64,000 bases of DNA from Candidatus Freyarchaeum deiterrae (GTDB lineage: Archaea; Asgardarchaeota; Jordiarchaeia; Jordiarchaeales; Jordiarchaeaceae). How positions within the stretch are numbered: position 1 is the stretch's first letter; the number at the start of each line of letters is the position of its first letter. Location: NCBI GenBank assembly GCA_037305845.1, contig CP147778.1, positions 3,232,001 through 3,296,000 of the forward strand. Reading direction: 5' to 3'. The position numbers were made by a program, and so were the translations under genes. Shown here one piece after another: positions 29,695-39,950 of the stretch. The notes beneath the pieces are model-generated. The model made no database searches. It was not told the origin of the DNA and saw nothing but the letters and a program-made list of their open reading frames with translations.

Positions 29695-30550
29695 TATATA
29701 TACTTCCTAATCGCTTTCTTAAAGTAAATTGCAATATTACGTTCAAATATTGCTTTAATTTGCTTTCCCTATAGTCTATTTAGACTTTGAACGCTTTTAA
29801 ATCTTATCAGATTGCTGTTGTCCTGTTTCTTAATTATTTCTTTTTACTTTGAAAATAGTTTCATCCTCTATCCATTCGAGCTTATAGAAGTTTTAGCAAA
29901 GTTAAAAGCTTTAATCACCGAATGAATGCGCGGATTTTAAACATAAAAAAAGAAATAAGGCTACGTCTGTAAATCCGGCTTCAGCTCTCGAATGCGTGAA
30001 AGCCAATAATTAGACTGCGGCACGCCCTCGCTCCTTTGTACAGAATATAACCCTGCTGCTCAACAAGTTGAGAGTACTAATCCTTGATAATACGAATTCT
30101 TCAAAAAGCGCCTATTGGATTCAAAAACCGGTTAAAGTGATAATATTTAAATATGTAAAAACAAATAATTATTTGCCTTTTGGCTTGAATAAATCCAGGT
30201 GTGGGGAGAAAGCCCCTAATAAGGGTTCTAAAAAATAACCAAATTTTCAACCTCACACAAGACGGATTTTTAGGAATTCTCTACTTATTTCTAGAAAAAT
30301 AATCGAAGTGTGTACCCTAAAAAAATTTGTATTCTTTTCCTTCCATTAGCTCCAATTACTTGTTTCCAAACGCTAGTATTAGGGAATTTATTTTATATTT
30401 AATTGGAGACTAGAAACCTTAGATAGTTTTAAGCATTTATCTTGTCAGCTCCAAAAATTTTTTAATAATAGATTTTCACTATAACTGGTAATCTAAACGA
30501 ATTTTCAGAGTATTAGGATTTGTCATAGATAGCTGTTGGGAGGAATTTTC

Positions 30551-31093
30551 ATGATGCCGATTGGTCCATTGATGATAGAACATAGGCTGATTGAACGCAT
30601 GGTTAAGACGATAAAGGGAGAGCTTCGGAAAATAAGCGAAGAAAACGAAGTAAACGTAATTTTCATTGATACCGCAGTAGACTTTTTCAGAACATATGCC
30701 GATAGATGCCATCACGGCAAAGAAGAGGATATTCTCTTCAGAGATCTTGCTAAGAAACCGCTTTCCCCTGAGCGCAAAAAAACAATGCAAGAATTGGTGG
30801 AGGAACATATTCACGCGAGGAAGACCGTAGGCAGGCTGGTCGACGCCAAAGAAAAATACCTGCAACACGACAATAACGCCATTGAGGACATTGCAGCAAT
30901 AATGAGCGAGTTGTGTGAATTTTATCCGAAGCATATCGAAAAGGAAGATAAACACTTTTTCATCCCAGTTATGAAATATTTCAGTAAACAGGAACAGGAC
31001 GACATGCTTCAGGAATTCTGGGAGTTTGACAAGAACCTGATCCACGAAAAATACAAAACGGTAGTAGAAAAACTAGAAGGAAAAAAACAATAA
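30551..31093 (+). CDS. Hemerythrin (HHE) domain protein
   Basis: LMIEH, HHGKEEDILF, EEH, HIEKED. Confidence 0.88.
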   Translation: MMPIGPLMIEHRLIERMVKTIKGELRKISEENEVNVIFIDTAVDFFRTYADRCHHGKEEDILFRDLAKKPLSPERKKTMQELVEEHIHARKTVGRLVDAKEKYLQHDNNAIEDIAAIMSELCEFYPKHIEKEDKHFFIPVMKYFSKQEQDDMLQEFWEFDKNLIHEKYKTVVEKLEGKKQ

Positions 31094-31307
31094 GCATCAA
31101 AGAAGCACAAAATTCCTTTCTCTTCCTCGAAATTTTTCCGATTCCTGTTAAAAAGCACCGCAAACGTATTTGACCGGTCGAGTTCCCAATATGAGATTAT
31201 GAACTGACTTCGGACTCTGATAGTTTGTTTGTAATAAACTGGAAGATATGTTTAAATGTATAAAAAATTCAGTTTTTCGAAAACAACCTTTTTGTCGGTG
31301 AGGTAAA

Positions 31308-33008
31308 ATGAAGAAGGTTTTGGGAGAAGGATCACAACCCAAATTCTCAGTTAAAGTGGATAAGGATGTTTCTATTAAGATGCGAGACGGCGTCAAACTT
31401 GCGGCAGATGTATACCGACCGGATGCTGCTGGAAAATTTCCAGCGCTTCTCTCAGTGTCACCATACGATAAAGACATTCAGAATTTTTCCCAAGATTCAA
31501 AGGGCATAGAAAATTTGCGAAAGGACCCGGAAGGCTTTATGAAGCTTGCTTCTATCGAAGCCGGCAATAGTGAATATTTTGTGAAAAGAGGCTACGTGCA
31601 CGTGATCGCAAACGCGAGAGGCAGCTTCAAATCCGAGGGCGAGTATCAAGGCACATTTTCTACACAGGAGCAGAAGGACGGCTACGACCTCATAGAATGG
31701 ATCGCCCGCCAACCGTGGTGCAACAGAAAAGTTGGAATGGTGGGAGTATCCTACTACGCAATTATCCAGTATCTGATAGCTTCAATGAACAGACCACCAC
31801 CACACCTCAAAGCAATTTTTCCCCTAGACGGATTCACAGACCTCTACCGAGACCTAGCATACCACGGAGGAATCTGCAACACCGGATTTCCACTAGCATG
31901 GTTCAAGCCATTAAAAGGAAAAATCAAAACTAAACCCCAGGCACTAAAAATATTGGGAAATAAACTAAAGAAAGCTGTCCAAGAACTCTTAGAGAGCGAC
32001 GCAATCAAAAATCGCCCTGAAATCGTTGAAATTATAAAGAACCCCGAATTAAATCCTATACTTTTTGACATGCTCCTAGCCCCCACCGACGGGCCGATAT
32101 ATTGGGAGAGATCCTCTTGGAAACGGCTCAGAAAGATAAAAATCCCCACATTCATTGGCTCCGACTGGATGAAGGTGGGAATACACCTCAGGGGAGCCTT
32201 CACCGCATACGAATCTATAAAGGCCCCCAAAAAAATGCTAATAGGACCACCGGGAATGACCAGACCCTGGAACGAGTACCACGATGTCATAGTAAGATGG
32301 TACGACTACTGGCTAAAAGATATGGCGACCGGCATTATGGACGAATCTCCAATAAAAATCTTCTACATGGGAATAGATCAATGGAGAGAAGAAGACGAAT
32401 GGCCCCCCGCAGTAACTCAGTGGAAGAAATACTATCTCCACGACGAGAGAACCATGGACACACACCCGCCTGGGCCGGATGAAAAACCAGAGAGCTACGT
32501 ATACGAACCCTTAAACCAAATGAGAAGAGGATTGGTCTTATACAGTGCTAGATACCATACCCCCATCCTCGACAAGGAAGTGAAAATAGCTGGTCCCATA
32601 GCCCTCAATCTTTACGCCTCATCTACAGACACGGATTCAGATTGGATAATCCGATTGGAGGACATAAACCCAGACGGAACCAAAAGAGTTCTAACCCGAG
32701 GGTGGCTGAAAGCCTCCCACAGAGACCTAGACAGGATAAAGTCTAAACCCTGTCAACCCTTCCATCCCCATAACAAAGTAATCCCCATAAAGTCCGACAA
32801 AATCTATCAGTACCAAATCGAAATATGGCCCACGGCCAACGTTTTCAAAGCCGGACACAAAATAGGCCTAGAGATAAGTAGTGATGACGGAGAAGCAGGC
32901 GACTTCAGCTCAACCATTTTTACCCACCTCCTAAGCGGCAGAAAAATGACAAACACCATATTCCACAACCCCCATTACCCCTCGCACCTACTACTACCCA
33001 TAATATAA
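31308..33008 (+). CDS. CocE/NonD family serine hydrolase
   Basis: MRDGVKLAADVYRP, DGYDLIEWIARQPWCN.KVGMVGVSY nucleophile, C-terminal PepX-like domain. Confidence 0.9.
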   Translation: MKKVLGEGSQPKFSVKVDKDVSIKMRDGVKLAADVYRPDAAGKFPALLSVSPYDKDIQNFSQDSKGIENLRKDPEGFMKLASIEAGNSEYFVKRGYVHVIANARGSFKSEGEYQGTFSTQEQKDGYDLIEWIARQPWCNRKVGMVGVSYYAIIQYLIASMNRPPPHLKAIFPLDGFTDLYRDLAYHGGICNTGFPLAWFKPLKGKIKTKPQALKILGNKLKKAVQELLESDAIKNRPEIVEIIKNPELNPILFDMLLAPTDGPIYWERSSWKRLRKIKIPTFIGSDWMKVGIHLRGAFTAYESIKAPKKMLIGPPGMTRPWNEYHDVIVRWYDYWLKDMATGIMDESPIKIFYMGIDQWREEDEWPPAVTQWKKYYLHDERTMDTHPPGPDEKPESYVYEPLNQMRRGLVLYSARYHTPILDKEVKIAGPIALNLYASSTDTDSDWIIRLEDINPDGTKRVLTRGWLKASHRDLDRIKSKPCQPFHPHNKVIPIKSDKIYQYQIEIWPTANVFKAGHKIGLEISSDDGEAGDFSSTIFTHLLSGRKMTNTIFHNPHYPSHLLLPII

Positions 33009-33220
33009 AGCACCCAAAAACTGGTCAACGGTCAAGACTAGTCAATGCTTCTCGATTAATCCTTACTTTCTTTATTTTTCATTCTTCAGAAATGCAAGCA
33101 CCAGTATATCTGGTATAGAATATCTATCCTATAAAAAAATAGATTCCGATCCAATAATCCTTAATAATACTATTTCGTTTTTATTTTACAGGTTCACGGA
33201 ACGAGTGTGAGGACGGAACT

Positions 33221-33667
33221 ATGACTATACAACCAGAGAATAGACACGCATTTCAAGCAACCGTTGTTTGGGATAGGGAAACAGGGGGAGACATAACCAT
33301 CGAAGATTTCCCCGAAATCAAGATCGACAGCCCAACAGAGTGGGGTGGACGGAGCAGATCCTACTGCCCAGACCAGCTCTTCGTTTCCTCCGTTGCTGGA
33401 TGCCTTCTTGAAACATTCCTCTCAATAAAGAAGAAAATGAGAATAAATCTTTTACATCTTAAAGTTCCCCTTCAGATGACTATAAGGCAGGCAAGGGACG
33501 GCTGGCACATCCAGGAAATAGAGGGAAAAATTGAAGCAACTGTTGGGAAAGGTGAGAAAGAAAAGGGAGAAACATGCGCCCAACTGGCTGAAGAATACTG
33601 CCACTTAATTCGACTAATAAAAAAGGCAGCATCAACAAAAATAATCTACGATGTAACCGAAACTTAA
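33221..33667 (+). CDS. OsmC/Ohr family protein
   Basis: DSP.EWGG....CPDQLF.SSVAGC...AEEYC. Confidence 0.8.
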   Translation: MTIQPENRHAFQATVVWDRETGGDITIEDFPEIKIDSPTEWGGRSRSYCPDQLFVSSVAGCLLETFLSIKKKMRINLLHLKVPLQMTIRQARDGWHIQEIEGKIEATVGKGEKEKGETCAQLAEEYCHLIRLIKKAASTKIIYDVTET

Positions 33668-33699
33668 CCAAAACACCAACCGCACACTGACGCGTTCCT

Positions 33700-34263
33700 T
33701 TACTTTTCGGCTCTAACAATACCCTTCTCAATAGCAGTCTGCATCAGATTCTCCACAGCCGTACGAATATACTCCTCTTTTTTAGCACCCGTAATAACCA
33801 GCTTACCAGTAGTAAAAAGAAGAATCACAACCTTAGGCTCCCTCATGCGGTAAATCAAACCCGGAAACTGCTCCGGCTCATAAATCACATCTGGGAGCGC
33901 GTAAGCCGCAAGCTCCAAATTAAGCTCAGCCCCAAGGCTAGCGCTCGCCACGATATTCTGAATCTCAATCTCCGGCGTAATATTATCACCCAAAACCGCA
34001 CTCTGCTGAAGCTCCTCAACAATCTTATTCACCGCCACATAAACCTCCTTAACACTCTTCGCCCCTGTGCAAACCATCCTTCCTGAGCTGAAGATTAGTG
34101 TCGCGGTTTTTGGTTTTTCTAGTCGGTAGACTAGTCCTGGGAATTGTTCTGGGTCGTATTCTGATTTGAGGTTTGACGACGCGATTTTTACGAGTTCGAT
34201 TCTCTGGTTTATTTTTACCGATGCGACTACATTTTCAATATGTATGAACTGGATTTTCGGCAT
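33700..34263 (-). CDS. tbp: TATA-box-binding protein
   Basis: Two repeats (I.N.VAS, Y.PEQFPGL.YR, LIFSSGRMVCTGAK / LLFTTGKLVITGAK). Confidence 0.97.
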   Translation of the reverse strand: MPKIQFIHIENVVASVKINQRIELVKIASSNLKSEYDPEQFPGLVYRLEKPKTATLIFSSGRMVCTGAKSVKEVYVAVNKIVEELQQSAVLGDNITPEIEIQNIVASASLGAELNLELAAYALPDVIYEPEQFPGLIYRMREPKVVILLFTTGKLVITGAKKEEYIRTAVENLMQTAIEKGIVRAEK

Positions 34264-34534
34264 AGTATGGTCTATCCCCTGTGTGCTTACTTTATTTTAA
34301 CGCCCTTTTTTTGAGATTTGATTATGTTTTTATTAATCTTGATTTTTTGCGGGTTTCGTTAGTGGAATGATTTTTGCTTATAAATGTTTTTTTGCTTATA
34401 AATAGTACGCTCCCCTTTTAAATATATATTGCTGTTGAATGAGGGGCTCAGTTTATTCTTTGCAGCATATGTGTAGGGCTGATGCGGTGCCTGCTAGTGT
34501 TACACCGATCAACTCAACAATAGTCATTACGTTT

Positions 34535-34726
34535 GTAACTTTCTGAACTGTACATATATTTCAGCGTAGCCACGGAAACCAATCCAGATACGGAGGCTTC
34601 TGCTCTAAACCCGCAATAGGGGGACTATCCATATTTGAAATATTGGCAATCGCAGAAGCTATATTAAGAATCTTCATTTGAGCCGCATTCATCGTCACAG
34701 TCGTAAGAAATATACGAGAGGATAAA
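34535..34726 (+). pseudogene. Degraded two-TM potassium-channel (Ion_trans_2-like) fragment
   Basis: Across frameshifts reads FLNC/YFSVAT/RYGGF..KP/FEILAIAEAILRIFI*AAFIVTVVR, resembling the YFSxxTxTTxGYGD pore plus inner helix. Confidence 0.45.
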
Positions 34727-34879
34727 ATAGATTAGCTGAGTATTTTACCACTTTTTCGAGCTTTTCCCCAATTATTTGCTGAAAATTATCAAAAAATAAT
34801 TAATTCTAATTTAGAGTGATGCTTTTACTGTAAGAAAAACAATAAATATCTTGGGGTTGAAAATATTATATAGTGAAGG

Positions 34880-35515
34880 GTGATGAGCGAGATAACTGTT
34901 GCAATCACGGGAATATCCCTCTTTCTTTACGCTTTTAAGCTATGTGAATACTTTGAGATAGAGGCAGAAAAAGCGATAAAAAGGAGTAAAGATTTGGTGC
35001 GGTGGTACGAGGACTCAGAAACAAACTGGGAGAATAAAGATTCGGAGATTGAAGATGCAATAAAAAGCCAAAAAAAAGTAATTAAATTTTACATTTCCCC
35101 CAAGTCGCTTTCAATGCGTGGCAGAAGAACCCTCATAAATGGTAGAATACTATGGATTTATTTACCGATAGTATTACTGCTTCTTTCTTTCGGATTTGCG
35201 ATTTGGCAAACTTATTTAATGAGCAACGTTGCACTGCAACTCTTTCCATTATCAGATTTAATCTGGGAATCTAGGTTCATTTGGTTATCCAACCTAGTCT
35301 GGTTGTCATATCCACTGGGCGTGGTTCTACCTGTTATTGGAGCAGCCATAGGTATGTCAGGTCGCCCAACAACCAATTACCTTAACGTTAAGGATAAATA
35401 CAATTCTCATAAGCAAACAATCCCACAACCGCACAACCTGAAAAAGGCCGAACCAAAGCTAAAGACGAAAAATAAGAAGAAAGAGAAAAAAGAGGAAACA
35501 AAAACTATCATCTAA
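34880..35515 (+). CDS. Hypothetical membrane protein (about 3 TM) with Lys-rich tail
   Basis: Hydrophobic segments at the N-terminus, ILWIYLPIVLLLLSFGFAIW and LVWLSYPLGVVLPVIGAAIG. Confidence 0.6.
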   Translation: MMSEITVAITGISLFLYAFKLCEYFEIEAEKAIKRSKDLVRWYEDSETNWENKDSEIEDAIKSQKKVIKFYISPKSLSMRGRRTLINGRILWIYLPIVLLLLSFGFAIWQTYLMSNVALQLFPLSDLIWESRFIWLSNLVWLSYPLGVVLPVIGAAIGMSGRPTTNYLNVKDKYNSHKQTIPQPHNLKKAEPKLKTKNKKKEKKEETKTII

Positions 35516-35591
35516 ACCTGCGAATAGTGTAGCCTAACTTGAAAAAGTAATTGGCCTCAAAATAAGGGGAGAGTAGCAAATTTCAGATAGG

Positions 35592-35978
35592 TTAACGCTT
35601 GATGGCTATTGCTTCAATTTCTACACTAACATCTCTTGGCAAACGGGCAGCCTCTATAGCGGCTCTAGCAGGGGGGCTTTCTTTGAAGAATTCTGCAAAC
35701 TTTTGATTCATTTCAGAGAACTTGTCCATGTCTTTGATGAAAACCGTGCACTTAACAACGTCTTTTAAGCTTGCTCCAGCCGCTTCGAGTATCGCTTGAA
35801 GATTCTTTAGTACCTGTTCAGTTTGTTGACCAATAGTGCCTTCAACCATTTTCCCAGTCTTGGGATCGAGAGGTAGTTGGCCTGAAACAAAGATTAAATT
35901 TCCAGCGATAATTCCTTGGGAGTAAGGACCAACTGGTGTTGGTGCTTTATCCGTTTTAATAACTTTCTTTTCAACCAT
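35592..35978 (-). CDS. ridA: RidA/YjgF enamine deaminase
   Basis: GPYSQ, FVSGQ, PARAA, VEIEAIA. Confidence 0.92.
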   Translation of the reverse strand: MVEKKVIKTDKAPTPVGPYSQGIIAGNLIFVSGQLPLDPKTGKMVEGTIGQQTEQVLKNLQAILEAAGASLKDVVKCTVFIKDMDKFSEMNQKFAEFFKESPPARAAIEAARLPRDVSVEIEAIAIKR

Positions 35979-36092
35979 TTTATATCAACTCAGTAATATG
36001 CGGTTTCCAGTAAGATGCACCATATCAAAGAGTTAGACGGATTATTGACTTTAAATTATTTCAAAAATTAGTTTTAATCTTTTCTTTCATTT

Positions 36093-36602
36093 TCACTTGA
36101 GACCTTTTTTGTATTTCTGGGCTAGTTCTGCATAGGTTTTGGCACCTTGTGTTATACTTTTTGCCTCGATATCTTTTAGTTCTCTTATCTTTTTTGCTGG
36201 GATTCCCGCAACCATTACTCTGGGGTCGACTTTTGTGTTTTCTAGGACAACTGCGCCCATGGCTACTATTGTGCGTTCGCCTATTTCTGCTCCGGAAAAT
36301 ACTATGGCTCCGGTTCCTATTAGTGCACCGTTACCTATCTTGCAGCCGTGAACCACGGCAGAGTGTCCGATTAGAACCTCGTCGCCGATTATCGTTTCCG
36401 TACCTCCATGTAATGCACAGTTATCCTCAATTGCGGTTAATCTTCCAATCCTTATGGGTGCAAAATCAGCTCTTATTACGGTTCCGTACCAGACGCTACT
36501 CTTCTCTCCTATCTCCACATCTCCGATAATTGTTGCTGTGGGAGCAATAAAAGCAGTTGGATGAACCTTGGGTCGTTTGCCATCAAACTCAACTAAGGGC
36601 AT
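36093..36602 (-). CDS. Gamma-carbonic anhydrase family (hexapeptide repeat) protein
   Basis: FIAPTA.IIGDV.IG..SSVW, IRAD, LH, IGH..VVHGC metal ligands. ATG at 36602 after GGAGG. Confidence 0.88.
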   Translation of the reverse strand: MPLVEFDGKRPKVHPTAFIAPTATIIGDVEIGEKSSVWYGTVIRADFAPIRIGRLTAIEDNCALHGGTETIIGDEVLIGHSAVVHGCKIGNGALIGTGAIVFSGAEIGERTIVAMGAVVLENTKVDPRVMVAGIPAKKIRELKDIEAKSITQGAKTYAELAQKYKKGLK

Positions 36603-36766
36603 AGTTCTTCCTCCTCGAAATATCAAAAACGTGTAACTTATCGTCTAGTCCGCTCCTTAATAAGGATTCACGTCTGCAAATCGAAAGACAGCGAAATGTT
36701 TCAGAATAGAGCGATGGGGAACTTTATGAAAAGGCTGTGTGCTAGGGAGTTCTAGTTTTTGGTGGT

Positions 36767-37309
36767 TTATTTCATTTTGGAGAACTGCGGGTTGTATTCT
36801 AGGATTTTTTCGACGGCCCATCTTGCGAGGTCTCCAGTTACATTGTGGCATTCGAAATTCTCTTTTTTTTCCTGCCACATTTTCATGTATTCCATTCCTG
36901 CTTTCGGGTTGGTGAATCTGTATGATTTTCCCCAGTGGTGGAACTGAACCTCTTGGCACGTTATGTGGCTATACTTCTCCTGCATCTTTTTGCCGACCTC
37001 TGCGACTACACCGTTGACATTGAACATCTTCATAATGTCCTTCGCTAGTAGTTCCTTTGTGAAGCCGAAACTGTAGCTTATCGCCATAGCAGCTCCAGCC
37101 ATGGCGCCGCAGGTTCCAATAGCCATGTTGCCGGTTCCACCCGTTAAACCTATGCTAGCCTTCCAAATCTCGTTAACCGCTGAGTCATTCTCGTAGCCCA
37201 GGGTGTCCATAACAGCGGCAAAAACAGTGGGGGCGCATGCACGCCACTTGAGCAAATAATCGTATCCACGACGGTAGGCCTCATCAAGAATCTTTTTATC
37301 TATTGCCAT
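36767..37309 (-). CDS. C-GCAxxG-C-C family putative redox protein
   Basis: ACA, GTCGAMAG, ITC, EC motif spacing. Confidence 0.8.
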   Translation of the reverse strand: MAIDKKILDEAYRRGYDYLLKWRACAPTVFAAVMDTLGYENDSAVNEIWKASIGLTGGTGNMAIGTCGAMAGAAMAISYSFGFTKELLAKDIMKMFNVNGVVAEVGKKMQEKYSHITCQEVQFHHWGKSYRFTNPKAGMEYMKMWQEKKENFECHNVTGDLARWAVEKILEYNPQFSKMK

Positions 37310-37572
37310 TTTATTGGTCAAAAATTAATCCTCCTATTCTCTCTCTTAATGCCCTAATCTATAGTGATTTATAAAGCTTTTTTTGGCCTTCGAAGTTTTT
37401 ATCCAACTCGGACCCATAAACTAAAAGCTGCAAAATGAAGGTGCTTAAACACCCGACGCTAATTTTTGTAATGCCAAACATTTATTATAATGGCTTGATT
37501 TAAATTTATAGTAGATACGTGATGCAAGGTAGTGGGATTCTTAAATCTATGAATTTTTGAAGGTGCTTATTT

Positions 37573-38865
37573 ATGGAGCTTATCTGCTCTGGTATGCGCG
37601 AATTGGATGTCCTGCTTGGTGGAGGCTTTATAAAAGATTCCCCTGTTTTACTTTTAACTGAAAGCGGCTCTATGGGGGAGCTTCTCTCTCTACAGATTGC
37701 CAATAACCGGATTCAAGAGGGAGACTATGGCCTCATATTTGATTTGGATTTTCCTCCGATAAGGATTAGAGAGTGGTCCAAGTCCTTCAACTGGAATTTG
37801 CAGAACTTTGAGAATGAGGAACGCCTCTTCATAGTGGACGGCTTCACAAATCTATACAGTCAGTTACCCACCGATGAAAAACATGTTGTGGAGAATCCCC
37901 GTGATCTTGTTTATCTTGACTCCTACCTTCACGATTTAACGCCCCTTTTTGAGGAGCACAAAAAAAAGCTCTTTGGTATTTTCTTCCTAAGCAATACTTT
38001 TCTAACAAAGGGGCAACAGCTTGACAAAATAATAAACCTGGTCTACAAAAACCGAATAACTTTAAGCCAGTACGGAACATCTATGTTCGTTTTTGATAAG
38101 GGTATGATGGACGAAAAAACTCTGAGCACGCTTGAACACGCGTTCGACTACGTGATAGAACTAAAAGTTGTAGAACAAGAAAATAGATTTCAAAAGTACC
38201 TTAGAGTCGTAAAATCCCCCTTAATAAGTTATATAAATGACATGGTTCCATATGAGATTGGCCCCAATGGAATCAGTCTGAGAACGGAGATCGTCAGGGA
38301 ATTTGAAAGCCTGAAACAAAACGCAAAAATGATGCAGGACGGTGTAATCGAGCTTCTAGGTATCAGAATGCTATTTTTCCCTGCCGAAGTACTACCCCAG
38401 ATTTCCAAAACGCTGTTCGACAGGTATGGCTATGAAGCAGGATACGAACTAGTTCGCTCATTGGGCAAAGAGTTTGCGCAAAAAACTTTTAGAGAGTTTG
38501 CAGATGTGTTCAAGGTAACCAGTGTAGAAGAGGCCGCTTCATTTTACGCCCAAATCTCAACACTTATGGGATTTGGAGAAGTAATAATCTCGGAGTTCAA
38601 CCTTGAAAAAGGGGTCGTGGGATTACGAATGCCAAATTCAGCGATATGTACCTATTTAAAAAATCTGGGTAAAAATACGGGAGCCTTCGCCGAGGGCGTG
38701 ATAACAGGAGTCGCAGAGCTTTTCTTGGGACCTAAGAGCAAGTGTGAAGAGGTCAAGTGCTTAGCAAAGGGCGATGAATACTGCGAATACCTCGTAACCT
38801 TCCCGCCGGAGGCGGTCTCAAATATAAGAAGTAAACCGAGAAACCACTTTCAATCATTACCTTAA
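37573..38865 (+). CDS. Degenerate KaiC/RAD55-like domain fused to a C-terminal V4R domain
   Basis: SGMRELDVLLGGG, P-loop TESGSMGEL (no GKT), C-terminal GFG...EEVKCLAKGDEYCEY V4R motif. Confidence 0.82.
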   Translation: MELICSGMRELDVLLGGGFIKDSPVLLLTESGSMGELLSLQIANNRIQEGDYGLIFDLDFPPIRIREWSKSFNWNLQNFENEERLFIVDGFTNLYSQLPTDEKHVVENPRDLVYLDSYLHDLTPLFEEHKKKLFGIFFLSNTFLTKGQQLDKIINLVYKNRITLSQYGTSMFVFDKGMMDEKTLSTLEHAFDYVIELKVVEQENRFQKYLRVVKSPLISYINDMVPYEIGPNGISLRTEIVREFESLKQNAKMMQDGVIELLGIRMLFFPAEVLPQISKTLFDRYGYEAGYELVRSLGKEFAQKTFREFADVFKVTSVEEAASFYAQISTLMGFGEVIISEFNLEKGVVGLRMPNSAICTYLKNLGKNTGAFAEGVITGVAELFLGPKSKCEEVKCLAKGDEYCEYLVTFPPEAVSNIRSKPRNHFQSLP

Positions 38866-38977
38866 ATAAATATAGCTGATCCAAAATCACGTTAGAATTG
38901 ATTTTTCCGAGTTTCCGCTAAACTTATATGTAGCTTTTATTCCCTGTTTCTAATCTTAAAAAGTAGAGGGAACGCAC

Positions 38978-39841
38978 TTGGATTTTATAGATGCTCATAC
39001 GCACATTGTTCCTGCTAGGTTTTTTACCGAGGATTTACTCAAAACTGTTGCAAACTTAATGCGCGTTGACCCGGAGTTCTATAGAGGTATCTCAAAAGAT
39101 CCGGGGAATCTCATAAAATACATGGATGAACAATCAATAAAAGCGATTGTGATAATGTCCTACACCGCACCTGATGTGATGGGGTTTGGAGACGAGCAGG
39201 TGGATGAGGTCGCTGAATACGTAAAGGATCACCGGGACAGGCTGCTTCAATTTGGGTCTGTGCACCCACGTTTTACAAAAAATCCTTTGCCAAGACTGGA
39301 GGAAATGTATAGTAAATACGAGATAAGGGGATTGAAGCTGCACACGGTGCATCAGCTCGTTAAACCCAATGCCTATCGCCCCGAAGAAGGAAACCTGAAA
39401 AGCTTGGAACAAATATATCAGTTCGCAAGCGACCATGAACTCCCGATGCTTATACACACGGGAACTAGTATGTTTCCCAAGGCGCGAAACAAGTACGGGG
39501 ACCCCATCTTCATAGACGAGCTGCCTCTCGACTTTCCCAAAATGAGAATAATCATGAGCCACGGAGGCAGACCGATATGGATGGAAACTGCTTTCTATCT
39601 CCTCAGAAGGCATAAACAAATTTTATTCGATATCTCAAGCATCCCCCCACCTCGCTTACTTGATTATTTCCCACGATTCGAAATGGTAGCAGACAGAGCC
39701 ATATTCGGAAGCGACTGGCCAGGACCGGGAGTGCAGAGCATCCATGAGAATATACAAGAATTCCTGAAGCTACCTCTATCTGAAGAAGTGAAAATGAAAG
39801 TAGGCTACAAGAATGCGGCAAAACTATTCAACATAAAATAA
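38978..39841 (+). CDS. Amidohydrolase family 2 protein
   Basis: IDAHTH, GLKLH, IHTG, SHGG, FGSDWP. Confidence 0.9.
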   Translation: MDFIDAHTHIVPARFFTEDLLKTVANLMRVDPEFYRGISKDPGNLIKYMDEQSIKAIVIMSYTAPDVMGFGDEQVDEVAEYVKDHRDRLLQFGSVHPRFTKNPLPRLEEMYSKYEIRGLKLHTVHQLVKPNAYRPEEGNLKSLEQIYQFASDHELPMLIHTGTSMFPKARNKYGDPIFIDELPLDFPKMRIIMSHGGRPIWMETAFYLLRRHKQILFDISSIPPPRLLDYFPRFEMVADRAIFGSDWPGPGVQSIHENIQEFLKLPLSEEVKMKVGYKNAAKLFNIK

Positions 39842-39950
39842 GCTTTTAAAGGTCAAGACTTCATTTTTTTTCATTTGCATCTGTAGTTTGCGTCACAGAT
39901 TCGTCAAATGTGGATTATGCATTGAGTAGGTTTAATTGACCGCTGTTGTA

